Shown: positions 35,198 through 45,100, numbered from the stretch's first letter. The stretch is DNA of 64,000 nucleotides from Candidatus Omnitrophota bacterium (GCA_015233405.1 JADFXT010000007.1:390-64389); one strand, 5' to 3'. Notes: generated by a model not told the origin, from the letters alone. Made by a program: numbers and translations.

Positions 35198-36073
35198 ATG
35201 TCCACACCCGGTGTGGACAAGGCGCCTATGAAAGACGATTTTCTAAAAACAATGAGAGAGTTTGTCCTCGAGGGAGGGCAAATTGCTTTGGCATTTATGG
35301 ACAAACGGACCGATTCTTTAAAATCGGATCAGTCCGTTATTACAGAGGCAGATAAACGCATATCGGCTTTAGCGCATGCGAAGCTTGCGCCATATTTGAA
35401 ACAGCCCGGTCATGTTCTTCTCGACGAGGAAGACCCCAAGAAGGCAAATTATTTAAACCAGGAATTTTTAGAGAAAACGCCGTATCTCTGGGCCATGGAC
35501 CCTGTGGATGGGACGCGTCTTTATGCCAACCAAATGCCGCTATTTGGAGTGTCGCTAGGACTTTTAAAAGATTTAAAACCGTGGCTGGGTATGGTGTATT
35601 TTCCGGCGCTTAAAGAATTATTTTACTGCGACGGAGAGGGATCGTATTTTGTCCAGAATGCTTTTTTGCCCGACGAGAAAAAGGTGAAGATCAAGCCGCA
35701 GGATATTGAAGTCACCAGTAAGTCTTTATTTTTATTGTCGGATCTATTTTTCGACGATTTTAGCTGGGACCATGAAAGCTGCCGGATTCTGATCACGGCA
35801 TGTGCGGTGACCGATGTTTGCTGGCCGGCGATAGGCCGGGGCGTAGGGTGTTTTGACCAGTCGCATCTTTGGGATTTTGCCGGCTCCTGGCCGATTGCAC
35901 AGTCCGCCGGACTGGAATTTAGGAACTGGAAGACCGGAAAAGTTCTGGATAAAGTCAGTGAAGACTCATTCAAAAAAGTCAATGGATTATGGCAACTTAA
36001 GGATTACCATCTCTTGTCGACGGAAAAAAATTTTCCTGTATTAAAGAGTAAGATCCGGCCATTAAAATCATAG
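35198..36073 (+). CDS. Inositol monophosphatase/FIG superfamily phosphatase
   Basis: Metal-binding motifs LLDEED...WAMDPVDGT and a WDFAG-type C-terminal motif (LWDFAGSWPIAQSAG). Confidence 0.75.
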   Translation: MSTPGVDKAPMKDDFLKTMREFVLEGGQIALAFMDKRTDSLKSDQSVITEADKRISALAHAKLAPYLKQPGHVLLDEEDPKKANYLNQEFLEKTPYLWAMDPVDGTRLYANQMPLFGVSLGLLKDLKPWLGMVYFPALKELFYCDGEGSYFVQNAFLPDEKKVKIKPQDIEVTSKSLFLLSDLFFDDFSWDHESCRILITACAVTDVCWPAIGRGVGCFDQSHLWDFAGSWPIAQSAGLEFRNWKTGKVLDKVSEDSFKKVNGLWQLKDYHLLSTEKNFPVLKSKIRPLKS

Positions 36074-36085
36074 AAAGGACCGATC

Positions 36086-36841
36086 ATGAAAAAAACGCTT
36101 ATTTTCTTTTTTATTTTGTTTTGCGCCGGCGTTTCCTTGTCTTTTGCCGACGAGGCTCAATCCAATTATTTCGGATTAGTGGCTTTGACGACCAGCAGTC
36201 CTTACAAAGATGTCAGTACAAAGGTCTGGCCGGTTCCGATTATTTCCTGGCACTCGAAAGACGGAAAATTTTTTGTCGAAGGAAAAGAATCAGGATACCA
36301 GGTGCTCAAATATCAGGATTTGACGTTGGATGCTATCCTAAGGCCCCGGTTAATGGGTTATGATGATAATGATGCCACCGTGCTTAACGGCATGAAAGAC
36401 CGTAAGTGGTCTATTGACGGAGGGCTTCGATTGGCCTGGAATATTCCGGATTCTGGAAATATTTCCGTCGAGACTAGCCTTGTAACGGATTTATTATCAG
36501 AACATCAGGGGCAGGAAGCAGAGATTGCTGTTGCCAAGAAATTTAAAGGTGACATTTTTGTCTTAAAACCCAAGATTGGTCTTCGCTGGCAGAGCCAGAA
36601 TCTCGTTGATTATTATTACGGCGTTCAATCTACGGAGGCCACGGCTTCAAGAAGGACTTATGAGCCGTCTTCTTCTTTAAATAGTTTTGCTAATTTAAGT
36701 TTTGATATGGGAGTATCAAAAAATTGGGTGATGGCAACGATGTTGGAGTATGAACAGTTGGGAAGCGCCATCCGTAACAGCCCCATCGTCGAAAAACATG
36801 GCATTTTGACAGGGCTGTTAGGATTGATTAGAAGATTTTGA
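36086..36841 (+). CDS. mipA: MipA/OmpV family outer-membrane scaffolding protein
   Basis: Signal peptide, about 250 aa, beta-strand periodicity, an internal GLRWQSQNLVDYYYGV motif and an aromatic C-terminus (IRRF). Confidence 0.65.
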   Translation: MKKTLIFFFILFCAGVSLSFADEAQSNYFGLVALTTSSPYKDVSTKVWPVPIISWHSKDGKFFVEGKESGYQVLKYQDLTLDAILRPRLMGYDDNDATVLNGMKDRKWSIDGGLRLAWNIPDSGNISVETSLVTDLLSEHQGQEAEIAVAKKFKGDIFVLKPKIGLRWQSQNLVDYYYGVQSTEATASRRTYEPSSSLNSFANLSFDMGVSKNWVMATMLEYEQLGSAIRNSPIVEKHGILTGLLGLIRRF

Positions 36842-36852
36842 TTTATAAATTT

Positions 36853-36956
36853 GAAATACGAATATCGAAATTCGAAACAAGTCTCAAATTCTAGAAATCA
36901 AAAATTTTGGATTTAGAATTTAAATTTTTTATTTCGAATTTCGATATTCGTATTTC
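36853..36956. repeat. Perfect 25-bp inverted repeat (AT-rich TTCGAAAT-family palindromic element) between convergent genes
   Basis: GAAATACGAATATCGAAATTCGAAA (36853-36877) is the exact reverse complement of TTTCGAATTTCGATATTCGTATTTC (36932-36956). The 54-nt spacer holds a nested imperfect inverted repeat (AAATTCTAGAAATC / GGATTTAGAATTT). Confidence 0.85.
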
Positions 36957-36968
36957 GGGTTTCTTCAA

Positions 36969-38306
36969 TTATAGAAGATTGCTTGCGATTTCCGCCAGTT
37001 CCGAACGCTCGCCTTTTTCCAGATTGATGTGGGTATAGAGTTTCTGCCCCTGCATCTTTTCAATCAAATAACTTAAACCATTGGAATAGATATCCAAATA
37101 TGGATGGTCGATCTGGAAAATATCTCCGGTAAAGACCATCTTGGTATTCTCACCGGCACGCGTGATAATCGTTTTGACCTCATGCGGTGTTAAGTTCTGC
37201 GCTTCATCGACGATAAAATAGGTGTCAACGAGGCTTCGGCCGCGGATATATGCTAAAGGCGCGATGGTGAGTTTTTCTTCATCCAAAACTTTGGCGAGTT
37301 TTTTGGGCTTTTTAGCTGATTCTTCGATGCGTTTGTTCTGAATCACGCCCAAGTTGTCATACAAAGGTTGCATGTAAGGAGAGATTTTTTGGAAAATGTC
37401 GCCGGGCAAAAATCCGGAGTCTTTATTGCTTAAAGGAACAATGGGCCGCGCTAAAAAGATCTGGCCGTAATGATCCCGACGCTCGAGGGCTGCGGCTAAG
37501 GCCAATAGCGTTTTCCCGGTTCCGGCTTTTCCGGAGATCGTGATCAGTTTAATGCTCTCGTTTAAAAGAGCGTGGAGCGCGAAAGTTTGTTCGACATTCC
37601 TGGGCTTGATTCCCGACGAGGATATTTTTTCTACGCGTTTAATCATGCCATCAGCGGGATCCAAATAGCCGAGCGCAGACTTGTTGTCATTGCGCAGCAC
37701 AATATATTCATTGGGCAGAAGATTTTTTTGGGCATTGAGGAGCTTCGCATCAATCCCGGCAGGATCGTTATAAATCTTTTCGATCAGGTCCAAGGGGATG
37801 TTTTCTTCAAAACGGTATCCTTTATAAAGCTGGGAAATATCTTTGACGTGGTCCGTGGTGTAATCTTCAGCGGTTAATCCGACGGCGCGTGCCTTCATGC
37901 GCAGGTTGACGTCCTTAGTAACTAAAACCACTTTCTGGTTTTCGAGTTTCTTGGAAAGTTGATAGGCGGTATTAAGAATATTGTGGTCGGGTTTATTGGT
38001 AAAACTTAAAGCCAAGTCCTTGTGATATTTCCCGTCGAGTTTGATGGAAATCTTTCCTAAATCCGGTCCGATAGGCACACCGCCGTTAAAGATTTTATCG
38101 CTGCTTAAGGCGTCTAGCGCGCGCAGGAATTCTCTGGCGTGCAGATTGAGCGTATCATGGCCTTTTTTAAAATTGTCCAGCTCTTCAATAACGGAGATGG
38201 GGATGACGATGTCACATTTTTCGAATTGGTAAATGCAGGAACTATCATGCAGGATAACATTTGTATCGATAACAAAGATTTTCTTTTTCTTTTTTTGCGG
38301 CGGCAT
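36969..38306 (-). CDS. PIN-domain plus PhoH-like ATPase (PhoH2/YlaK family)
   Basis: The N-terminal PIN region is FVIDTNVILHD. The PhoH region has Walker A GKAGTGKT and Walker B FIVDEAQN. Confidence 0.85.
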   Translation of the reverse strand: MPPQKKKKKIFVIDTNVILHDSSCIYQFEKCDIVIPISVIEELDNFKKGHDTLNLHAREFLRALDALSSDKIFNGGVPIGPDLGKISIKLDGKYHKDLALSFTNKPDHNILNTAYQLSKKLENQKVVLVTKDVNLRMKARAVGLTAEDYTTDHVKDISQLYKGYRFEENIPLDLIEKIYNDPAGIDAKLLNAQKNLLPNEYIVLRNDNKSALGYLDPADGMIKRVEKISSSGIKPRNVEQTFALHALLNESIKLITISGKAGTGKTLLALAAALERRDHYGQIFLARPIVPLSNKDSGFLPGDIFQKISPYMQPLYDNLGVIQNKRIEESAKKPKKLAKVLDEEKLTIAPLAYIRGRSLVDTYFIVDEAQNLTPHEVKTIITRAGENTKMVFTGDIFQIDHPYLDIYSNGLSYLIEKMQGQKLYTHINLEKGERSELAEIASNLL

Positions 38307-38589
38307 AGGTTAGCGTCCTTTAGGTTGTAGGTTCAAGAAAGAAGTTAACTTATATCATAAACTTTTATTAAATAATTTTCTAGGAACATTTTGAAAATTA
38401 TACGATTTTTTTAACATTTAAGTCTTTATATTTCAATGCTTTAAGTTTTTTAAGAAAGCGCTGTCAAAACAGGGCTTTCAAGGCCTGGCATTTTTGTTTG
38501 TTCATGTTATATTTCTATTGAAGGCAATCAAAAAAAATTTCAGTAGTTCGGTCATAAATGTTTTTCCATAAGGTGTTTATTCTTAAACT

Positions 38590-38620
38590 AGGCAGGAGTT
38601 GGAGGCTCCTGCCTTTTTTA
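38590..38620 (+). terminator. Orphan plus-strand intrinsic terminator in a gene-free AT-rich region
   Basis: A 9-bp stem AGGCAGGAG / CTCCTGCCT with a 7-nt loop, followed by TTTTTT. There is no ORF upstream on the plus strand between 38340 and 38590. Confidence 0.5.
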
Positions 38621-38763
38621 TTTGTTTACCTGCCTCTCAATGTTTTCTAGCGAAGGTAAACAACCCTTGACGGTTCTGTTCGTCAAGGGTACAAGTAAGC
38701 AAAAAAATATCGTGTAGGGGTTTCCACCTCCCAGCAAACGCTTTCAGCTAGTACCGTGATTTA

Positions 38764-38793
38764 TTGGCAAATATAATAAATATATTTTATACT
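38764..38793 (+). promoter_or_regulatory. Candidate promoter of the giant-gene-1 leader
   Basis: TTGGCA (38764-38769), an 18-nt spacer and TATACT (38788-38793). The same architecture is conserved upstream of the second leader (TTGGTA / TATACT at 49783-49812). Confidence 0.35.
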
Positions 38794-38810
38794 TATTAAG
38801 GAAACAGATT

Positions 38811-38899
38811 TAGTGAACCGAAACGGCAAACCCATCGTAAGGTGGGGACGCAAAGTTAGAGGGTCCTGGAATAGGATAGCCTGACTACCGAAGTCGCTA
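38811..38899 (+). promoter_or_regulatory. c-di-GMP-I (GEMM-I) riboswitch-like aptamer, copy 1
   Basis: It contains GGCAAACC-CAUC-GUAA(GNRA)-GGUG-GGGACGCAAAG, which matches the conserved GEMM-I core (Vc2: GGCAAACCAUUCGAAAGAGUGGGACGCAAAG). The 3' part AGCCUGACUACCGAAG resembles Vc2 AGCGGGGUUACCGAUG. The closing helix is UAGUGA (38811-16) / UCGCUA (38894-99). Confidence 0.75.
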
Positions 38900-38909
38900 G
38901 AATATTTAA

Positions 38910-38948
38910 GCCTATTCCTAATGATGCACGGGAGTAGGCATTTTTTTT
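38910..38948 (+). terminator. Intrinsic terminator serving as the expression platform of riboswitch copy 1
   Basis: GCCTATTCC (38910-18) pairs with GGAGTAGGC (38931-39, one G-U) and is followed by T8. GGAATAGG inside the aptamer (38868-75) can pair with the terminator 5' arm instead, forming an anti-terminator. Confidence 0.7.
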
Positions 38949-38989
38949 GGGGAAGCTTATGAAGTAAAAGCGATATAAAGAATGTTTTT

Positions 38990-39097
38990 GTCATCCCCGC
39001 AATTTTTAGGCGGGGATCCACAAGGGTTGAAGACATGGATTCCCGATAGAGGATTTCGGGAATGACAGCTGAAGGTGAAGATCGCGGGAATGACAGC
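38990..39097. repeat. Cluster of GC-rich REP-like hairpins in the leader of giant gene 1
   Basis: ATCCCCGC-9 nt-GCGGGGAT (8-bp stem), ATTCCCGA-9 nt-TCGGGAAT (8-bp stem), and a half-site CGCGGGAATGACAG. The GTCAT(C/T)CCC...GGGAATGACAG family recurs at 50017-50143 and 62184-62260. Confidence 0.7.
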
Positions 39098-39149
39098 AGT
39101 GAAAAAGGAATGACCAGTGTAGTTTAGGACGAAGAAACGGGGGCAATAG

Positions 39150-42100
39150 ATGTTTAGGGGGCAAGGCACAACAAGAAGTAACATACTAAAGACTATTAGT
39201 CTTATAGTTCTTTTTATTTTTATCCCTCAGACTTTATTCGCTCAAGTGGTTTTATCCGGCGGGGTTACTCTGCCTACGCCCGGCACGATGGTGTCTTTAA
39301 GCCAGCCGTTTCATCCCGCGGTAGTCAAAGGCCTGAAAGTTTATCCGGACAATCCGCTACGTTTTGATTTCATATTGGATAAAGGCGACGCCTTTAGCCA
39401 ATATGACCCTGAGCGACCAACGGGAGCTCAAGGGTTACAACTGAAAAAAGAATCCGAGAAGCTCATTAAATATTTCCTCGCCTCCTTGACCATTCCCGAG
39501 AAAGACCTGTGGGTCAACTTATCTCCGTATGAAAAAGACCGCATTATCCCTGAGGCCTTTGGCCAGACGGACATGGGCCGAGATCTCTTGGCGCAGGATT
39601 ATATCTTAAAACAGATCACGTCATCCTTGATGTACCCGGAAAGTAAATTGGGAAAGAAATTTTGGGATGAAATTTATAAAAAATCGTATGAGCTTTATGG
39701 TGTAACGAACGTGCCGGTCGATACATTTAATAAAGTCTGGATTGTTCCCGATAAAGCGGTTGTGTATGAGAACCAAAACCGCGCGTTTGTGGTTGAGGCA
39801 AAATTGAAAGTGATGTTGGAGGAGGACTATGTTGCTGCGCAACAGACTAAAGACCATAGACTCCAGACGATAGACCAGCCTTCGGCTGAAAAAAGGTCTG
39901 TGGTCTCTGGTCTAGGGTCTTCAGTCTCAGACCTGACAAGGTCTGTTATTCTTCCCGCGATTGAAAAAGAAGTCAACGAAGGCCAGCAATTCGCCCAGCT
40001 ACGGCAGGTTTATTATTCGCTGATCCTTGCTACCTGGTTTAAGCGAAACTTAAGAGAGAGTATTTTTGGAAAAGCCTATGTCGGCAAAAATAAAATTGCC
40101 GGTGTGGATATTAAAGATAAGGAAATCAAAGAGAAGATCTATGCCCAATATTTGGAATCTTTTAAGAAGGGTGCTTACAACTATATTAAAGAAGAATATG
40201 ATCCGGCGACGAAATCTGTGATTCCCAGGAAATATTTCTCCGGCGGGTTTGGGTTCGAGAAGATGGACGCTGCGATGACAACCACAAACAATTACTCCGA
40301 TCTGCTTAAAAATACGGCAGGTCTTGTTGTCATCGAGAGTAAGATTGATAAAACAACGGCAAATATGAGCCATGCAGAAGCCATCAAGACGCGGGTCGTC
40401 AAAGATAGGGATTGGCCTCAGGAGTATTTAAAAGGGCATGTTTATGTATTAATTAAGAAAGCCGATTTCGTCTTGCCTGTCACCGAGACTGTGGACGAGG
40501 CGATGACGGGTATTGCTACGAAGTTTGTCGACGGGATTGGAAATTTGACAGTCCTGCGTCGGCTGGGTGATGCCAGACATGTGGTTTACGTCATGAGAGA
40601 GATGAGCACAAACAAAACCTATTTCTTAAAGATTTTGCCGAATGAGCTTTTTGCTGAGGAATGGCTTCATTACCGGTTAGCCAAACGCTTAAAGGTCAAT
40701 ATTCCACGGTTTTTCAATGTGTCGCCGGAATTTTATCAAGACATGATTGGCGTTCCTCAATCCCTTCGCTCGCCAGGAACATCGCGCGGCATTATTACTT
40801 CTGATGTGAACGAAATGGGGATTGATGATCTTCTGGAGAAGCAAGGTTCCGGGCTTGAAGCCGCTTTTGTTTTTATTCAATTTTCTTTGCACCTGGATGT
40901 TGAATTCGACGGAAATCTCAATTCCGTTATGCCCACTATTGCGGGGAAACAGAGGTTCATTCTTTATGATTTTGGCGACACGTTCCCGTCATTTTGGATT
41001 ACGAATACCCCGCTTAGGGACACAGAATACACAAAGCAAAATGTGAAGACCCGGGTTTCTCAGAAATGGGAGTTGTATAAGGATAGGATTGACCCGCAAC
41101 GTTTAATCGAAGCAATCCGTCAGTTGATTTCCTTGACGCCGGATGAAGTAAAGGAAATGGCGCTCGAGAGCGGGTATTCATCTGACCAGATTGATTTGGC
41201 CCGATTCGAACGCCGTAAAAAGGAATTGATCCCGGAGATCATCACTGTCCTCGAAGAAGCGCAGAAAGACTCGGCCATGATGACCTGGTCGGTGAAAAGT
41301 CTAGCTGCCTTAGGATTGACATCTTTAGCGGCGTTCAGTTTATTTGTCTCGCCTGTTTCTGGTCGAGAACATGTGTCCATTTCAAAGCCCGCGATAACCA
41401 TGGGTATCGGCGCTCAAAGAAATGTTGACCTGTCGGGCAAGGTTTTTAATGTTACCCCTGCTCAATATGAAGATGCTTACAACATGCCGCCTTTGTGGCG
41501 GTCTTTTTCATATCCTTTAGGAGAAGAAGGCAGAGACCTTTCCTCATTTAAGTCGCTCACTCTTTCCGTCGAGGGGCACGGAAATGTTTTTATTGAATTT
41601 GAAGACCAGGGCAATCCGCGCCAGCGGGCCTCAAGTCCTGTCTATACTGTGCGCGATGGCAAAGTGGTCATAGACGTCGAGCAATTGAGGATAAATTTCC
41701 CTCATGTGAATTTTCAGAAAATAAGAGAAATCATCGTCAACGTCGGAAATCGTTTCTATGATATTGAACTCAATGCTCCCGGCGCCGACATCAAAGTTAC
41801 TGGGACCCCTCAATTTAGCCAAGAGAACGTTAGTCATTTTAATCCCGAGCAGGCACTATCCCAGCTGCCAACGGCCCAGCAGATCGAAAATCAGCATAGC
41901 CAACAGCGACAGCAGTTATTCGAGTCATTGACGCTTCCCGACGGGCATCTTGTCCAACAGTCGGATGCATTATCCCATGGATTTTTTGGCGGAAGAATTC
42001 AAGCTGTTAAGGAATTGCGTGACAAGGTCTTGAACAAAGCTTCAGACCGTCGGGATGCTTTGACGCTTTTACGGCATGAGCTTTTTAATCCGGCCCAGAA

Positions 42101-45100
42101 TACCAATTTACGAGCATATATCTATTATCTTTTGAAAGATGTCTTAAAAGCCGGGCTTACGTTCGATGAGGAAAGTCTCCTCGAGAATTTTTTGACCAGA
42201 TCTTATAAGGTCACTGACCCTATTGCCGTCAAGTTCCCGTACATTAAAGCGGATCAGACGAAACCGGATTTTTATGAATTCCAGTTAAACGGCGGCCGGT
42301 TCGACGGAAATGGTTATCTTTACGGCGTGGAAGGCTTGCCGGTCCCAGTCGAACATATGGTCGAGCGTATTGTTGACGGGCGGACAATGGAGCGTCTAGC
42401 GTATTGGTCGATTCTAATGAACATCGACCCGCTTAAGATGACATTTCCTATTATTTATACGGAATCGTTGTTGGGCGCTTTTCCGGAAAAACAGTTTAAT
42501 ATCATGTGCATTCATAGTCCGGACATCAACGCTCAGTTAAGCCCGCAGAATATCGCCTTAAGAGACCGGCTTCTTTCCCAATTTTCTTCAAACAATCCGG
42601 AAGATTTCTTGATGAATAAGATCATTGTTACCGGACTGATCTTGATGCAGGACGGTTTTAATGTGCATACGAACAACGGCAGTCTGGCTTCTCGTCTTCA
42701 AGGTTATAACGGTTACGGATGGCTTAAAATTGGCGACGAGACCGTGAATATGGCTAGAGATCCGAGAATCGGTAAAAGAGCGGCTTTGATCGGTAATAGT
42801 CTTGATCCGAAATTCAAAGATATTGTTAACGCTGTAGCCAAAAAAATAGGATATCAAGTCCCGCGGCTTCCACAAAATTTGAAGGGTTACACGGTTGGGA
42901 TAAAAAACATCGTCTCGCTTGCTTCTGTATCTGGAAAACAAGGGGACTTTGCGATGACTGTTTCCGCGCCCCAGATGTTCGGTCATCGAGGAGCTTTTGA
43001 TGTCAGCCAAGGCATCTTTGAAAATAGTCTTGAGTCCTTTAGACGAGCAATGGTGATGGGCTTGGATGGTTTTGAATTAGATGTTCGTTTAAATGAAAAC
43101 GGCGTTTTGATTGTTGTTCATCCTAAGGCGGCCAGCACAGTAAAGACCCCGACTTTCCAGGAAGTTTTTGATTTGGTAAAGAATTCCAAAATCCAGTTAC
43201 AGGTCCATATTCAGGACATGAACAGCGTCAATAAGGTTGTTGAATTCATTGCGCAGAATAAATTTGAAAAGAGAGTGACGATCAGCTCGACAAACCTGGA
43301 CATATTAAAAAAGGTGCGCAGCCGGAACCAAACCATAGCGACGGCCTTTATCCTTAAGGACCTAGCCACTACGAAGTTGTTGTTAAGAGATGCCCAAGAG
43401 GCGAAAATTACTTTGTTGGATTTATCGCTGCGTGATCCTCGAGACATCTTAACCAAGGATGTCGTCGATCTGATTCATTCAGCAGGAATCAAAGTGAACG
43501 CCGGATTTAAGTTGTTAGACGAACAAACAGCTCAAAAAATGGTCGGGTTTGGCGTCGACAGAATTATATCTGAATCTCCAGAGACCATGAAGAATCTTAA
43601 GGATTCACTCGCAAAGGTTGATAAAGCGATGTTGGCAGGAAAAATGTTTAGAAAATTCTTATGGTTTTTTGCCGTGCCGTTTATCTTTCAGATGACGACG
43701 CCGGCTGTAGTGTCAGCGCAGAATCTGAATATTAAACAAGCTAATGTGACATTTTCTGTTCCCCTTACTTACAAAAATGGATTTTCACCTGATTTCAGTA
43801 ACTCTAATTTTTCTGTTTCTGTCAAAACAAACATAGCGACAGCCAATGTTTGGACGACGGGATTTTTAAAACATTTTTATGGTTCGGCCAAGCTGGCCAA
43901 CAATAATTTTACTGTAAACGAAAAGACATTAGCTCAAATAAAAGTAGGGTTAGGTTTAATTAGCGATGAAGGATTAGGAGAAGCCACAAAAGAATTTGCT
44001 GCAACAGGACTTAAAAAGTTTGTTGGAAGTGTTGACCGTGCCATAGTAACGGACTCGAAGGCTGTTCAGCGGCCGCTGGTTGACAATCCGATTGATCCGG
44101 TGAAAGCTAAACAATGGGTCGCGGCGCAAGGAGCTTCAGAGATTCGTGACCTTGCTCAGTTTTTACTTAATCATGTGACGCATGTTTCGCAAAAGGAATT
44201 TGAAACGGCGCTTCAAGAAACCGTCAATGATTTTAATGCCAACATGGGCGACAAACCGTATATTTTAGTGTTTCCGTCGGAGAATGAAGATCGAAGTATC
44301 GGGTGGACATATCAATTGGCTTTGGAGAAAGGATTAAAACCGGCTCAGCATGTCATAAGATTGGATCAGCTGGATGTAGCACAACAGATCAGTAAAACGG
44401 GCGTTCACGACATTGTCTTGATAGATGATGCTGTTTATTCCGGACATCAAATGTTATCTCATGTCCGCAAATTATTTAAGGCGATGCGTAAAGACAGCCT
44501 GGACAGTAGCGATTTTAATTTTCATTTTGTTACGCCGTTTATGTCTGCTCATGTTGAGGAAAAATTCTTTTCACAACTTCGAAGCTTTCATTATAAAGCC
44601 ATTTTTAAAGCCCTCTTTAAAGGATCTCGAAGGTCAGAGGGGAGAACGGTATTTTATAAACACCGTTCTATGCCGAATTTGTCACAGATTTTCCGTTCTG
44701 AACCGAAGCGTGAGGCCTTGTTTAAACAGCTCGTCGATATGCCTAAAATATTGTATGAATTTATGACGTTAACTTATTTTCAGCATAAAGTCGCTGATGG
44801 TCTTTCAATGGTCGATTGGCTTTCTAAAGGGTCTGTGCATACGGAATTTGTCATTGCAGGGTCAGTGTATAAAGTTAAAGAAAACGAAAAGAATATCAAA
44901 GCAATCCGATTTATTCCCGAAACAATCCCTCCTTATGAAAAGAATTATTTAGAGAAAGTCCAGGGCACAGCCGGTAGCGAAGCCGACCGTGCCATGGCGA
45001 CGGCTTCGACGACGGTGCAGCGGCCGCTGGTCGATAATCCTATTGATGTTGAAAAATCCAAACAATGGGTCGCGGCGCAGGGGACTCCGGAACTTCGCGA

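Noticed and set aside
38400-38760. A possible tRNA or other structured RNA gene in the AT-rich region before the riboswitch.
   Set aside because: No cloverleaf-compatible arrangement (acceptor, D or T arms with a GTTC-type loop) could be found by eye. Only isolated hairpins are present. A tRNAscan/Infernal run would be needed to exclude this fully.
38761-39184. The minus-strand ORFs 38761-39036 and 38957-39184 (91 and 75 aa), and their twin at 50033-50215.
   Set aside because: They run antisense through the riboswitch, terminator and REP hairpins. Their sequences are low-complexity translations of the palindromes (for example ...FPRSSSSAVIPEI...), and there is no SD. They are spurious.
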